In this document: positions 8,220 through 16,222 of the stretch, one piece after another
How positions within the stretch are numbered: position 1 is the first letter of the stretch
Layout: the number at the start of each line of letters is the position of its first letter
DNA from: Fidelibacterota bacterium
GTDB taxonomy: Bacteria; Fidelibacterota; Marinisomatia; Marinisomatales; UBA1611
Length of the DNA stretch: 52,674 nt
Reading direction: 5' to 3'
NCBI GenBank assembly: GCA_012964275.1
Contig: DTUG01000039.1
Location: 3,779 to 56,452 of the forward strand
Notes under the pieces: model-generated
What the model saw: the letters and a program-made list of their open reading frames with translations, nothing else
The model's database searches: none
What the model was told of the DNA's origin: nothing
Made by a program: the position numbers and the translations under genes

Positions 8220-9491
8220 TTAGCCAGAATCTTCTTCTTTATCCCGCAAAAATTTAAAGGTCACTTTTTGGGTTCTCCCTTGAGTGACATACACATCATG
8301 ATAGTCAAGCACCGGTATTCCATATTGATTTTTCTTGGGCGCACCCGGAATATCTATGCGAACACGATGCCAGCCTGGGTTTACAGAGACCCGGCCCGTC
8401 AATGGTGTTTTTCCCATTTTTTTGCCATCAAGATAAACTAACACATCAATTAGATCACAATTGATCTTTAAGAAAGTTTTTCGACCAGAAATATCAGGGA
8501 GCAAATGGTATACCAAATCCTTGGTTTCCGGTATTTTGGTATATTGAGTTTGTTTCTTCTTTTTCTGGCTTTGTTTACTTACAACAGATTTTTTCTGTTT
8601 TACTTTCTTTGGAATTGACTTCGGACGTTCTTTTTCTTCCGCGAGTGGTCTTTGCGGTTTCTGCGTAACATTTGCTGCACTGACATCCTTTAATTCATCG
8701 ACAGAAACTTGTTCGGGTTTGTCAGCCTTATTTGCTGTGATATTCGTGGAGAGGTTATCAGGAACTGGCGGGCCAAATTGCATAAATTTCGAATCAGCTT
8801 TTTGTATCTCTTTTTCAGATTTATCCGACAGGTTTTTGATAGCGACATCGTTGCTTTTTTTACTTCCAGCCCAGTGTTTATCCCAAATATCTACCTCTAC
8901 TAACTCAACTGAATCTTCATCGCTTTCTGTACTGTACCAGTTATCATACCAGACAAAATATTTTTTCGGACCATATTTCTGGCGAGCATATATAAATGAT
9001 TCATAAAAGGGTTGACCAGTCGCCTCTTGCACCGGAAGTGAAAATACATTATTAATATTTTCCTTTTCTGATTGCAGCATATTGGCAACAGCTGCACCAT
9101 CTAATTCACGCCGAACTTGCACAAGAAAAACCCGATACGAAGGTGAATGAAATATTTTAAAGTCGACGATGGGATGTTCTAATAGAAAACCTATCTGGAC
9201 GGATTGCTGATTCTGAATCCCTTCAATCTCTAACAGATGGGATTTCGCCTTGAGGTTATCAAGCACATTTTCACCTAATACCGCATCATTGATAGTCAAA
9301 TAAAACCAATTTTCCTGTCCTACCCATCCAGCAATATCTCCTGCTTTAGGAACATGGCTGACAACAATCCGGATCAAAAGACCATTGGTTTTTTGATGAA
9401 AAGTAACCAATTGAAGTTTGTGGGCATTTATTTCTCCCAGCAGAGATGAAAAAATCAAAATGAAAAGCCAGCGATTTATTTTAAATATCAT
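8220..9491 (-). CDS. PEGA-domain protein with signal peptide and a Lys-rich linker
   Basis: LKINCDLIDVLVYLDGKKMGKTPLTGRVSVNPGWHRVRIDIP is a PEGA domain. Linker KERPKSIPKKVKQKKSVVSKQSQKKKKQ. The N-terminal domain shares DI[AS]GW..GQ.WF.L[ST] with the 7306 gene. Its start overlaps the dnaG stop by 11 nt. Confidence 0.7.
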   Translation of the reverse strand: MIFKINRWLFILIFSSLLGEINAHKLQLVTFHQKTNGLLIRIVVSHVPKAGDIAGWVGQENWFYLTINDAVLGENVLDNLKAKSHLLEIEGIQNQQSVQIGFLLEHPIVDFKIFHSPSYRVFLVQVRRELDGAAVANMLQSEKENINNVFSLPVQEATGQPFYESFIYARQKYGPKKYFVWYDNWYSTESDEDSVELVEVDIWDKHWAGSKKSNDVAIKNLSDKSEKEIQKADSKFMQFGPPVPDNLSTNITANKADKPEQVSVDELKDVSAANVTQKPQRPLAEEKERPKSIPKKVKQKKSVVSKQSQKKKKQTQYTKIPETKDLVYHLLPDISGRKTFLKINCDLIDVLVYLDGKKMGKTPLTGRVSVNPGWHRVRIDIPGAPKKNQYGIPVLDYHDVYVTQGRTQKVTFKFLRDKEEDSG

Positions 9492-11229
9492 TTAGTTCCT
9501 GCTGCAGTTTCATAATTTCATTTAACTCTGTCTTTGGGTTTTGTCCCTGCGCCTCTTTCTCACGAATATTAATGCGAAGCTCCATAATTCTCTTTTTTAC
9601 CGGAATCAATTTTAATGTTTTCAAACAGTCATTCACAATTTGTTCAGGTAAAGCGGTATCTCGCTCACTAAATAGGATTTCAGTAACAATTTCCCGCTCT
9701 AACTTATCAGTAAAATACTCGATTATTGCTGCCGTGTCCACTACCATTTTTTCTGTTAATAATTGCTCAGCCAGTTTTTGAAGCAGGGGATGAGTAAACA
9801 TATCTAAAGTCACTTTTGTTCTCACCATATTGCGTATATCCACATTTTGGGTAACCAACAACTGGAGTAGCTCTATCTGAGCCCGTTCCTCCCTAGAAGT
9901 AAATTCAATTCGTTTAAGTCCTGCTGTTTGATTCTCATTGCTTATTTGTCGATAGGACCGCTGTCCTCGCATGACTTTAACTAGATCAGATTCATTTACC
10001 TTCAGTCGTTCAGCTAAAATCCGAATCAATTCATCCCGAAAAATATTATCACGGATCTCCTTTATCTCTCGAAGCAAGTTATGAATATATTCCCGACGAG
10101 TTGCCCCCCTTAATGCCAGGGCTTGAAAAAATTCCAAATGAAAATCCAGGAAATCCTGTGCATTCTCGATATTTGTCTCCACTTCTCCCTGACCAGTTTG
10201 CCGCACCCAGTCGTCGGGATCCAACTCTTTAGGTGGGCGTACTACCTGTGCTTCCAGACCAGCTTTCAATAAAACAAACCCGGCTCGAACTGCGGCAGTA
10301 CCGCCTGCATCATCGCCATCATAGAGCAATATGATCTTCTGTGTGAATTTAGATAACTGCCAGGCATGTCTCTGGGTGAATGCCGTTCCCGATACACAAA
10401 CCACAGGATGAATCCCTGCTTGATAAAGTTGAAGAAAATCCATGTATCCTTCCACCAAAATAGCATACCCCAACTTACGAATTGCATCCCTCGAAGCCTG
10501 CAAACCATAAAACACATTACTTTTTTGATATAATGGTGTTTCTGGTGAATTCAGGTATTTTGCCGGGTCGTCCGACTCAAACACGCGGCCGCCAAAAGCG
10601 ATGACCTTCCCCGATGGATGGAAAATGGGATACATAATTCTGGATCGAAAACGATCAAAGGTTCCCTTGTCAGTCTGGGTGAATAATCCAGATTTCATTA
10701 CCTCATCCTTTGATAATTCATTTACATTCACATAATTGTTCAACTGATCCCAGCTATCTATGGCAAATCCAATTCGGAATTGTTTCAGGATGTCTTCACT
10801 CAGGCCTCGTTCTTTTAGGTAATTCAGTGCTTGTTCACCTCGCGGTGAGTAAAGATTGTCCATATATAACTTGGTTGCTTGTTCATGTATTTCATACAAG
10901 TTTGAATACGTTGTTGAATCATCTCTGCCCCGTTCATATTCAATCGGAATATTATAGCGATCAGCCAGGGTTTTTACCGCTTCGGGAAAGGTCAACTTCT
11001 GATATTCCATCAGGAACGAAAAAACATTTCCACCATTACTGCAGCCAAAACAGTGATAAATCTGCTTAGCTGGAGCGACACTAAATGATGGAGTTTTTTC
11101 ATCATGAAATGGACAGAGACCAAAAAAATTTGCTCCCCGGCGGCGCAAATCCACCACTTGCGAGACAACATCTATTATATCCGCTGTGTCACGAACACGG
11201 TCAACTGTTTCCTGGGGAATTCTGGCCAT
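9481..11229 (-). CDS. dnaG: DNA primase
   Basis: Zinc-binding CPFHDEKTPSFSV...YHCFGC motif; TOPRIM region EGYMD...LYDGDDAG; 582 aa. Confidence 0.95.
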   Translation of the reverse strand: MARIPQETVDRVRDTADIIDVVSQVVDLRRRGANFFGLCPFHDEKTPSFSVAPAKQIYHCFGCSNGGNVFSFLMEYQKLTFPEAVKTLADRYNIPIEYERGRDDSTTYSNLYEIHEQATKLYMDNLYSPRGEQALNYLKERGLSEDILKQFRIGFAIDSWDQLNNYVNVNELSKDEVMKSGLFTQTDKGTFDRFRSRIMYPIFHPSGKVIAFGGRVFESDDPAKYLNSPETPLYQKSNVFYGLQASRDAIRKLGYAILVEGYMDFLQLYQAGIHPVVCVSGTAFTQRHAWQLSKFTQKIILLYDGDDAGGTAAVRAGFVLLKAGLEAQVVRPPKELDPDDWVRQTGQGEVETNIENAQDFLDFHLEFFQALALRGATRREYIHNLLREIKEIRDNIFRDELIRILAERLKVNESDLVKVMRGQRSYRQISNENQTAGLKRIEFTSREERAQIELLQLLVTQNVDIRNMVRTKVTLDMFTHPLLQKLAEQLLTEKMVVDTAAIIEYFTDKLEREIVTEILFSERDTALPEQIVNDCLKTLKLIPVKKRIMELRINIREKEAQGQNPKTELNEIMKLQQELNDI

Positions 11230-11756
11230 TAGGGCTGAATTAACTGCTGTATATAGGCTTCACTTTTGGCGACTGGATCATCCCAACCAAATAATTCGAC
11301 TATTTCTACGCGCATTTTGTTCCCCGTACGGGCAATGATTGAATTACGTTCAATAATATCGGTCCATCTTTCCATAGGCAACAGGGCAAGCAACCAGACA
11401 AAAACGATAACCATCATAAATCCTTTCAATGCGCCAAAAATAAACCCAAATGAATCGTTAACCCAGCGATTAGCTTTAGAGAGCAGGGCAATATGAAAAA
11501 ACCTCGTTAGTAATCTCATCACTAATAAGGTTAACAAAAATATTCCTGTAAAGCCCAAAAAAACCGCAAGCCATCGATCCATGACTACAACAGTTATGAT
11601 TTGTTCAGAAAGAGAAACGCTGTGCCGGGTAGATATCAAAACAGCAAGGATCAAACCAATGAGGCGACCCAGTTCCTCTATCAGGCCGCGGCGAAAGCCG
11701 ATCGCTCCCATAATAACCAGGAAGCAAACAGCTAGCCCGTCCAAAAACCAGTTCAT
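11229..11756 (-). CDS. cvpA: CvpA family membrane protein
   Basis: Multi-TM 175-aa protein; the N-terminus FLDGLAVCFLVIMGAIGFRRGLIEELGRLIGLILAV is typical of CvpA. Its stop overlaps the dnaG start by 1 nt. Confidence 0.8.
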   Translation of the reverse strand: MNWFLDGLAVCFLVIMGAIGFRRGLIEELGRLIGLILAVLISTRHSVSLSEQIITVVVMDRWLAVFLGFTGIFLLTLLVMRLLTRFFHIALLSKANRWVNDSFGFIFGALKGFMMVIVFVWLLALLPMERWTDIIERNSIIARTGNKMRVEIVELFGWDDPVAKSEAYIQQLIQP

Positions 11757-12200
11757 TTATTGGAGTAATTTTCGAACGATAGTATTCGCCGTCTTGCCAT
11801 CCAGTTTTCCTCCACCGCGCTGTATGACCAAAGGCATGACCCTTCCAATATCAGCCATACTTACTGCCTCGGTTTCCTGGATAACAGCTTCTACCAGCTT
11901 GCTAACCTCATCTTCAGACATCATCTCCGGCAGATAAGTTTCCAGCACACTTAGTTCTGATTCTTCCCTAATAGCTAATTCTTCCCTACCCGCATTCTGG
12001 TAAACATCTGCTGATTCTCTTCGCTGCTTTACCAAGGTTTGAATCACTTTTATAGAATCTGGATCATTAAGATCACCTCTGTTGTCAATCTTTCGATCCT
12101 TTAACTTGGACAGCAATGTCCTGAGGGCACCGGTTTTGCCTTGATCACCTGCCTTCATAGCTGCATACATATCCTGTTGAACCTGATCCATGAGAGACAT
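11757..12200 (-). CDS. yqeY: GatB/YqeY domain protein
   Basis: DMYAAMKAGDQGKTGALRTLLSKLKD and the overall 147-aa layout match YqeY. Confidence 0.85.
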   Translation of the reverse strand: MSLMDQVQQDMYAAMKAGDQGKTGALRTLLSKLKDRKIDNRGDLNDPDSIKVIQTLVKQRRESADVYQNAGREELAIREESELSVLETYLPEMMSEDEVSKLVEAVIQETEAVSMADIGRVMPLVIQRGGGKLDGKTANTIVRKLLQ

Positions 12201-12207
12201 AAATGTG

Positions 12208-13044
12208 TTATCCCTCCTGATCTATCCGCTTCATGGATAAAAGTAAAAGATCTTTATTGGTCTCGAACCCTATGAACCGCCTACCGCATCGTTTAGACGC
12301 CACGCCAGCATCACCATTGCGCATAAAAGGATCCAAAACCCAATTCAGCTTAAAACTGCTGGCATCCAGGATTTTAGAATATAATTTGCCTGATCTTCGT
12401 CCGGCTTCATCAGTTATATAGGGAATATCTATCCAAAAATTCGTTTGTAATTTGTTTTCCGATTCCGAAATCATTTTCTTGCGATCAGATTCCAGATTCA
12501 CTGCACGCAGGTTAAATAAAAAATCCTCACTCTTAGTCACAAACCAGATATCGCCTATTTCATTCCTCCATGTTGGAATTCTGGGCTGAACCTTGCCCTG
12601 CTTATTTCTCCATGTGATGCGGGTTTGAACCATGAAATGATCACTGAGCAATCCGTGGTACATACCGGACACCTGCCACCCGCACAACAAGTATAACCCG
12701 CCGGTATTTTTTAGTACCCGATAAGATTCATCCAGCCATTTTTCATTCCACTGATAATATTCCTGAAGTGTCATTCGGCCTCCTCGATCATCTATCCCAT
12801 CCCAGGGGTCTTTGGGGGGTTCGGCAATGACTAAATCAATAGATTTATCCGGCAGCTTTTGCAACCCGTCAAGACAGTTTGCCAAAAACAGTCCTTCTTT
12901 CATCTGTTCAGATGTCATGGAGATGTCACCCACTGTTTGGACAGCCGGCAAATACCGGTTCAGGTCATTAATGGTCAGTCCTGGATAGGTCTCCAAAGGG
13001 TTGGTAAAAAGTGGTTTAAAGGATTCTTTTCCTTGTTCCGACAT
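12208..13044 (-). CDS. N4/N6 DNA methyltransferase-like protein (beta-class order) with degenerate catalytic and SAM motifs
   Basis: Collinear with N6_N4_Mtase: ANCLDGLQKLPDKSIDLVIAEPPK (expected DPPY), YRVLKNTGGLYLL, ITWRNK, WVLDPFMRNGDAGVASKRCGRRFIGFE (expected FxGSGTT). See finding. Confidence 0.75.
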   Translation of the reverse strand: MSEQGKESFKPLFTNPLETYPGLTINDLNRYLPAVQTVGDISMTSEQMKEGLFLANCLDGLQKLPDKSIDLVIAEPPKDPWDGIDDRGGRMTLQEYYQWNEKWLDESYRVLKNTGGLYLLCGWQVSGMYHGLLSDHFMVQTRITWRNKQGKVQPRIPTWRNEIGDIWFVTKSEDFLFNLRAVNLESDRKKMISESENKLQTNFWIDIPYITDEAGRRSGKLYSKILDASSFKLNWVLDPFMRNGDAGVASKRCGRRFIGFETNKDLLLLSMKRIDQEG

Positions 13045-13225
13045 GAAGAAATTTACGTAATATGAAATCTAAATCACTTTTAGAATTGCAATCAAAACAC
13101 AGATAAAATCACTCATATTGAATTATAATTTTTTGAAACGAATTACACTATAACCAGCCCAGTGGGGTTTTTTGTTTGTGGGATGATGGGTAGATTTTGA
13201 TATGGCTGAAACTCAATCATGAAAA

Positions 13226-13570
13226 ATGAAAATTGCTATTGTAGGAAGCCGTAACTATCCTGACCTGAATAAGGTCAGGGAGTATGTCCGGGATCTGCCA
13301 AAAGGCTCTATCGTAGTTTCTGGCGGTGCTGATGGTGTTGATGAGACTGCTGAAGATGAAGCCAGAAAACTGGGATTGGAAGTAATCTCTATTTCTCCCG
13401 AATGGACCAAGTACGGGAAAACGGCAGGACTCATAAGAAATGACCTGATCGTTGCAACGGCAGATTGTGTGGTGGCGTTCTGGGATGGGGTCAGCCGTGG
13501 CACTAAATACACGATTGATAAGGCACGGGAAAAGAATGTAATTACCCAAATTTTTAACATAGTTAATTAA
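13226..13570 (+). CDS. SLOG-fold DUF2493 family protein
   Basis: MKIAIVGSRNY...VVSGGADGVDETAE...GLIRNDLIV...AFWDGVSRGT matches the DUF2493/YspA-like SLOG pattern (GsR...sGGA.GvD...rN..mv...aFWDG.S.GT). Confidence 0.75.
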   Translation: MKIAIVGSRNYPDLNKVREYVRDLPKGSIVVSGGADGVDETAEDEARKLGLEVISISPEWTKYGKTAGLIRNDLIVATADCVVAFWDGVSRGTKYTIDKAREKNVITQIFNIVN

Positions 13571-13610
13571 TTATTATGGCTGTAGATGATCACCATACTA
13601 AATTTGTTCC

Positions 13611-13736
13611 ATGAAGTTCAGCAAGCACTTCTGGACCATTGCTCTTGTCTTATTAATGTTAAATATAATGGTTTGGACGGATGCACTTAAGCCGAGATCC
13701 GGGCTAAAAACAGTTCGTACCATAGAATCGATATAA
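13611..13736 (+). CDS. possible small membrane protein (41 aa)
   Basis: ATG 13611 to TAA 13734-13736: MKFSKHFWTIALVLLMLNIMVWTDALKPRSGLKTVRTIESI, with one hydrophobic helix. Not in the ORF track (too short) and has no recognisable homology. Confidence 0.2.
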   Translation: MKFSKHFWTIALVLLMLNIMVWTDALKPRSGLKTVRTIESI

Positions 13737-13770
13737 TGAAACAAATTGGCATCTTTTTGTTAAAATTTTA

Positions 13771-14199
13771 ATGGTAAAAAAAGAATCGGTACTTTTCGTC
13801 TGTACTGGCAACAGCTGCCGTTCCCAGATAGCTGATGGATTAATGCGAGACATGGCCGGCGACCGGTTTGATGTTTTCAGTGCCGGTAGTCACCCTTCGC
13901 GCCTGCATCCGGCATCCGTAACAGTCATGGCTGAATGGGGTATCGATATCTCCCGGCATACATCAGACAGCATCGATGAATACCTGGATAAGGGCATTGA
14001 TATTGTCATTACCGTTTGCGATAACGCCAGCCAGGTTTGCCCCGCCTTTCCCGGGGATGCAAAACGCATCCACTGGAGCATTGATGATCCCTTTCACGGA
14101 TGGGGTGCTGAGCCCAATGACCTGGAACCTTACCGTGATACCCGGGAAGAACTAAAAAATAGAATTAATGATTTTTTGGCCGAGCTCCCGGCTCACTAA
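13771..14199 (+). CDS. arsC: arsenate reductase, thioredoxin-coupled LMW-PTP type
   Basis: CTGNSCRS P-loop (CX5R) plus the two downstream relay cysteines in VITVCDNASQVCP, as in pI258-type ArsC. Confidence 0.8.
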   Translation: MVKKESVLFVCTGNSCRSQIADGLMRDMAGDRFDVFSAGSHPSRLHPASVTVMAEWGIDISRHTSDSIDEYLDKGIDIVITVCDNASQVCPAFPGDAKRIHWSIDDPFHGWGAEPNDLEPYRDTREELKNRINDFLAELPAH

Positions 14200-14263
14200 A
14201 AATCAGATCAGCCGAATTTTTAAATATATTGCTGTCCCCAAACAGCTAATAATTCATAAACAG

Positions 14264-15580
14264 TTAGGAAATAAATCCGCTTAAAATGTCATCCAGTGTG
14301 TGCTCGCCGATTTCCTCCAGTTCATAAGTAACACGAGTGGATGGGTGTTTGATATCAACGATCCGGCGCAGGTCAATGGGCGTACCTATAACAACCGCTT
14401 CACAGTCGGCACTGTTGATCGTGTCTTCCAGGTCACGGACCTGATCATCCCCGTAGCCCATGGCCGGAAGCAGCGTGCCAATATCCGGGTAATGATCGAA
14501 CGTTTCTGCAATTGAACCTTTGGCAAAAGGCCTTGGATCAACCAGCCCAGCCGCCCCGCACTGCTTAGCGGCTACCACACCGGCGCCGTACTTCATATCG
14601 CCATGGGTCAGGGTCGGGCCATCCTCCACCACCAGGACTCGCTTCCCGGCTATGACATCGGGGTCTTCAACCGTGACCGGCGAAGCTGCATCTACAACTG
14701 TGGCTTTTGGATTAACCTGTGAAATACTGCTACGGAGTTTTTCCACATTTCCCGGATCGGCCGTCCGTATCTTATTAATAATGACTACATCAGCCAGACG
14801 CAGGTTTGTCTCTCCTGGATAGTACTGAGTTTCGTGACCGCTGCGGTGGGGGTCCGCAACCACAAGGAGCAGGTCGGTCTTATAAAAGGGCATATCATTA
14901 TTACCGCCGTCCCACAGAATAATGTCAGCTTCCTGCTCTGCTTTCCGGATAATAGCCTCATAATCTACCCCAGCATACACGATGGTACCGCGGTTGATAT
15001 GGGGTTCATATTCTTCCATTTCCTCAATTGTGCAGTTGTGTTTCTTTAGGTCATCAAGACTACTGAAACGCTGCACAGCCTGGATGCCCAAATCTCCATA
15101 AGGCATGGGGTGGCGGATAACGGCCACTTTTTTTCCAGCGTTTTTAAAGATCTCAGAGACTCTCCTAGTGGTCTGGCTTTTTCCACACCCAGTCCTGACA
15201 GCGCAAATACCTATCACCGGTTTGGTGCTTTTGATGGCGGTATGGGTCATACCCATCATCTTAAAATCAGCACCGGCAGCGTTTACCATGGAACCCAAAT
15301 GCATCACATCCTCATGCTGGATATCGGAATAAGAAAATACTACTTCATCCACATGATTGCTTTGGATCAGGTTGATCAGTTCACCCTCGTCATGGATCGG
15401 GATCCCTTCTGGGTAAAGCTCACCTGCCAGTTTCGGAGGATATAATCGGCCTTCAATGTTTGGGATCTGTGTCGCCGTGAAGGCGACCACCTGATACAGA
15501 TCATTATTCCGGTAATAAGTATTGAAATTATGAAAGTCACGCCCGGCGGCCCCCATGATAATAACATTTAACTTTGGCAT
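14264..15580 (-). CDS. COG2403-type P-loop protein (predicted GTPase / cyclic 2,3-diphosphoglycerate synthetase-like)
   Basis: N-terminal IIMGAAGRDFHNFN and Walker A RTGCGKSQT. Start moved to ATG 15580 (MPKLNVII...), which has GGAG 9 nt upstream; the track start at 15595 is a TTG. Confidence 0.65.
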   Translation of the reverse strand: MPKLNVIIMGAAGRDFHNFNTYYRNNDLYQVVAFTATQIPNIEGRLYPPKLAGELYPEGIPIHDEGELINLIQSNHVDEVVFSYSDIQHEDVMHLGSMVNAAGADFKMMGMTHTAIKSTKPVIGICAVRTGCGKSQTTRRVSEIFKNAGKKVAVIRHPMPYGDLGIQAVQRFSSLDDLKKHNCTIEEMEEYEPHINRGTIVYAGVDYEAIIRKAEQEADIILWDGGNNDMPFYKTDLLLVVADPHRSGHETQYYPGETNLRLADVVIINKIRTADPGNVEKLRSSISQVNPKATVVDAASPVTVEDPDVIAGKRVLVVEDGPTLTHGDMKYGAGVVAAKQCGAAGLVDPRPFAKGSIAETFDHYPDIGTLLPAMGYGDDQVRDLEDTINSADCEAVVIGTPIDLRRIVDIKHPSTRVTYELEEIGEHTLDDILSGFIS

Positions 15581-15789
15581 ATTAAATTTCTCCAATTATT
15601 CCACGCTAAATAAAAACGAAAATTTACTGCTCAAATCACAGCACCAACTAAAACATTAACCCACCTGAATTGTCCCTTGAATTACACAAAATAAGTGGGG
15701 AATATTTGCGTGCCCGGGTATGGATAATTGGAACAAATAGAGTTGAATTGCGTAAACTTCTTATCAATAAAAAGGAGAGTAGAATCAAT

Positions 15790-16221
15790 ATGAAAAATCT
15801 TTTTATGATTCTCGTAACTGGTGTTTTATTCTTCAACTGCGCTGGCCCAATGCCCCCTCCTGCGGCGGCATCGGAGCCAATCGACAAATTGACTCTGGGG
15901 ACCGTTCAAAGCCAGATAAAGAACGGTATGAGTCAAACAGAAGTTCTCTCGGTTCTTGGATCACCGAATATCGTCACCAAAGGCGCACAGGGAAATGAGG
16001 TCTGGACCTACGACAAAATAGGCAGCAGCCAATCTGCCGGTGCTTCAGCCACCTATGGATCCCGTACCCTTAACCAGGGTTTCTGGGTTTTTCTATTTGG
16101 CGGTGTAAGCTCCAGGTCTTCTGCCAGTGCCACCACTGAGTCAAAATCATTGACGGTGATTATCACTTTCGATGAAAATAAGAATGTTTCAGACGTTACC
16201 TATCAAAGCCTGAAATATTAA
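15790..16221 (+). CDS. BamE/SmpA-OmlA-like lipoprotein
   Basis: ATG 15790 is preceded by AGGAG. Lipobox LFFNCAG. LTLGTVQSQIKNGMSQTEVLSVLGSPN...VWTY resembles the SmpA_OmlA domain. The track ORF starts 120 nt earlier without support. Confidence 0.6.
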   Translation: MKNLFMILVTGVLFFNCAGPMPPPAAASEPIDKLTLGTVQSQIKNGMSQTEVLSVLGSPNIVTKGAQGNEVWTYDKIGSSQSAGASATYGSRTLNQGFWVFLFGGVSSRSSASATTESKSLTVIITFDENKNVSDVTYQSLKY

Positions 16222-16222
16222 G

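Noticed and set aside
13158-13176. cccagtgggg followed by a T-run (possible terminator or small RNA end) in the spacer between the methyltransferase-like gene and the SLOG gene.
   Set aside because: The stem is only 3-4 bp, there is no upstream plus-strand gene to terminate, and no convincing promoter spacing was found. The evidence is too weak to call.
13217-13560. Two minus-strand ORFs (110 and 101 aa) overlapping the SLOG/DUF2493 gene.
   Set aside because: The plus-strand frame carries the full DUF2493 motif set; the antisense translations have no motif and are shadow ORFs.
12208-14199. Restriction-modification or other defence island (methyltransferase-like gene plus SLOG plus small ORF).
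   Set aside because: There is no nuclease, helicase, ATPase, integrase or flanking repeat. The methyltransferase motifs are degenerate and the gene is welded to housekeeping yqeY. It is reported as an oddity rather than as a defence system.
15670-15789. Upstream extension of the BamE-like ORF, and the 79-aa minus-strand ORF 15648-15887.
   Set aside because: ATG 15790 has an AGGAG Shine-Dalgarno and starts a clean lipoprotein signal; the extension and the antisense ORF lie in a promoter-like AT-rich spacer with no motif.
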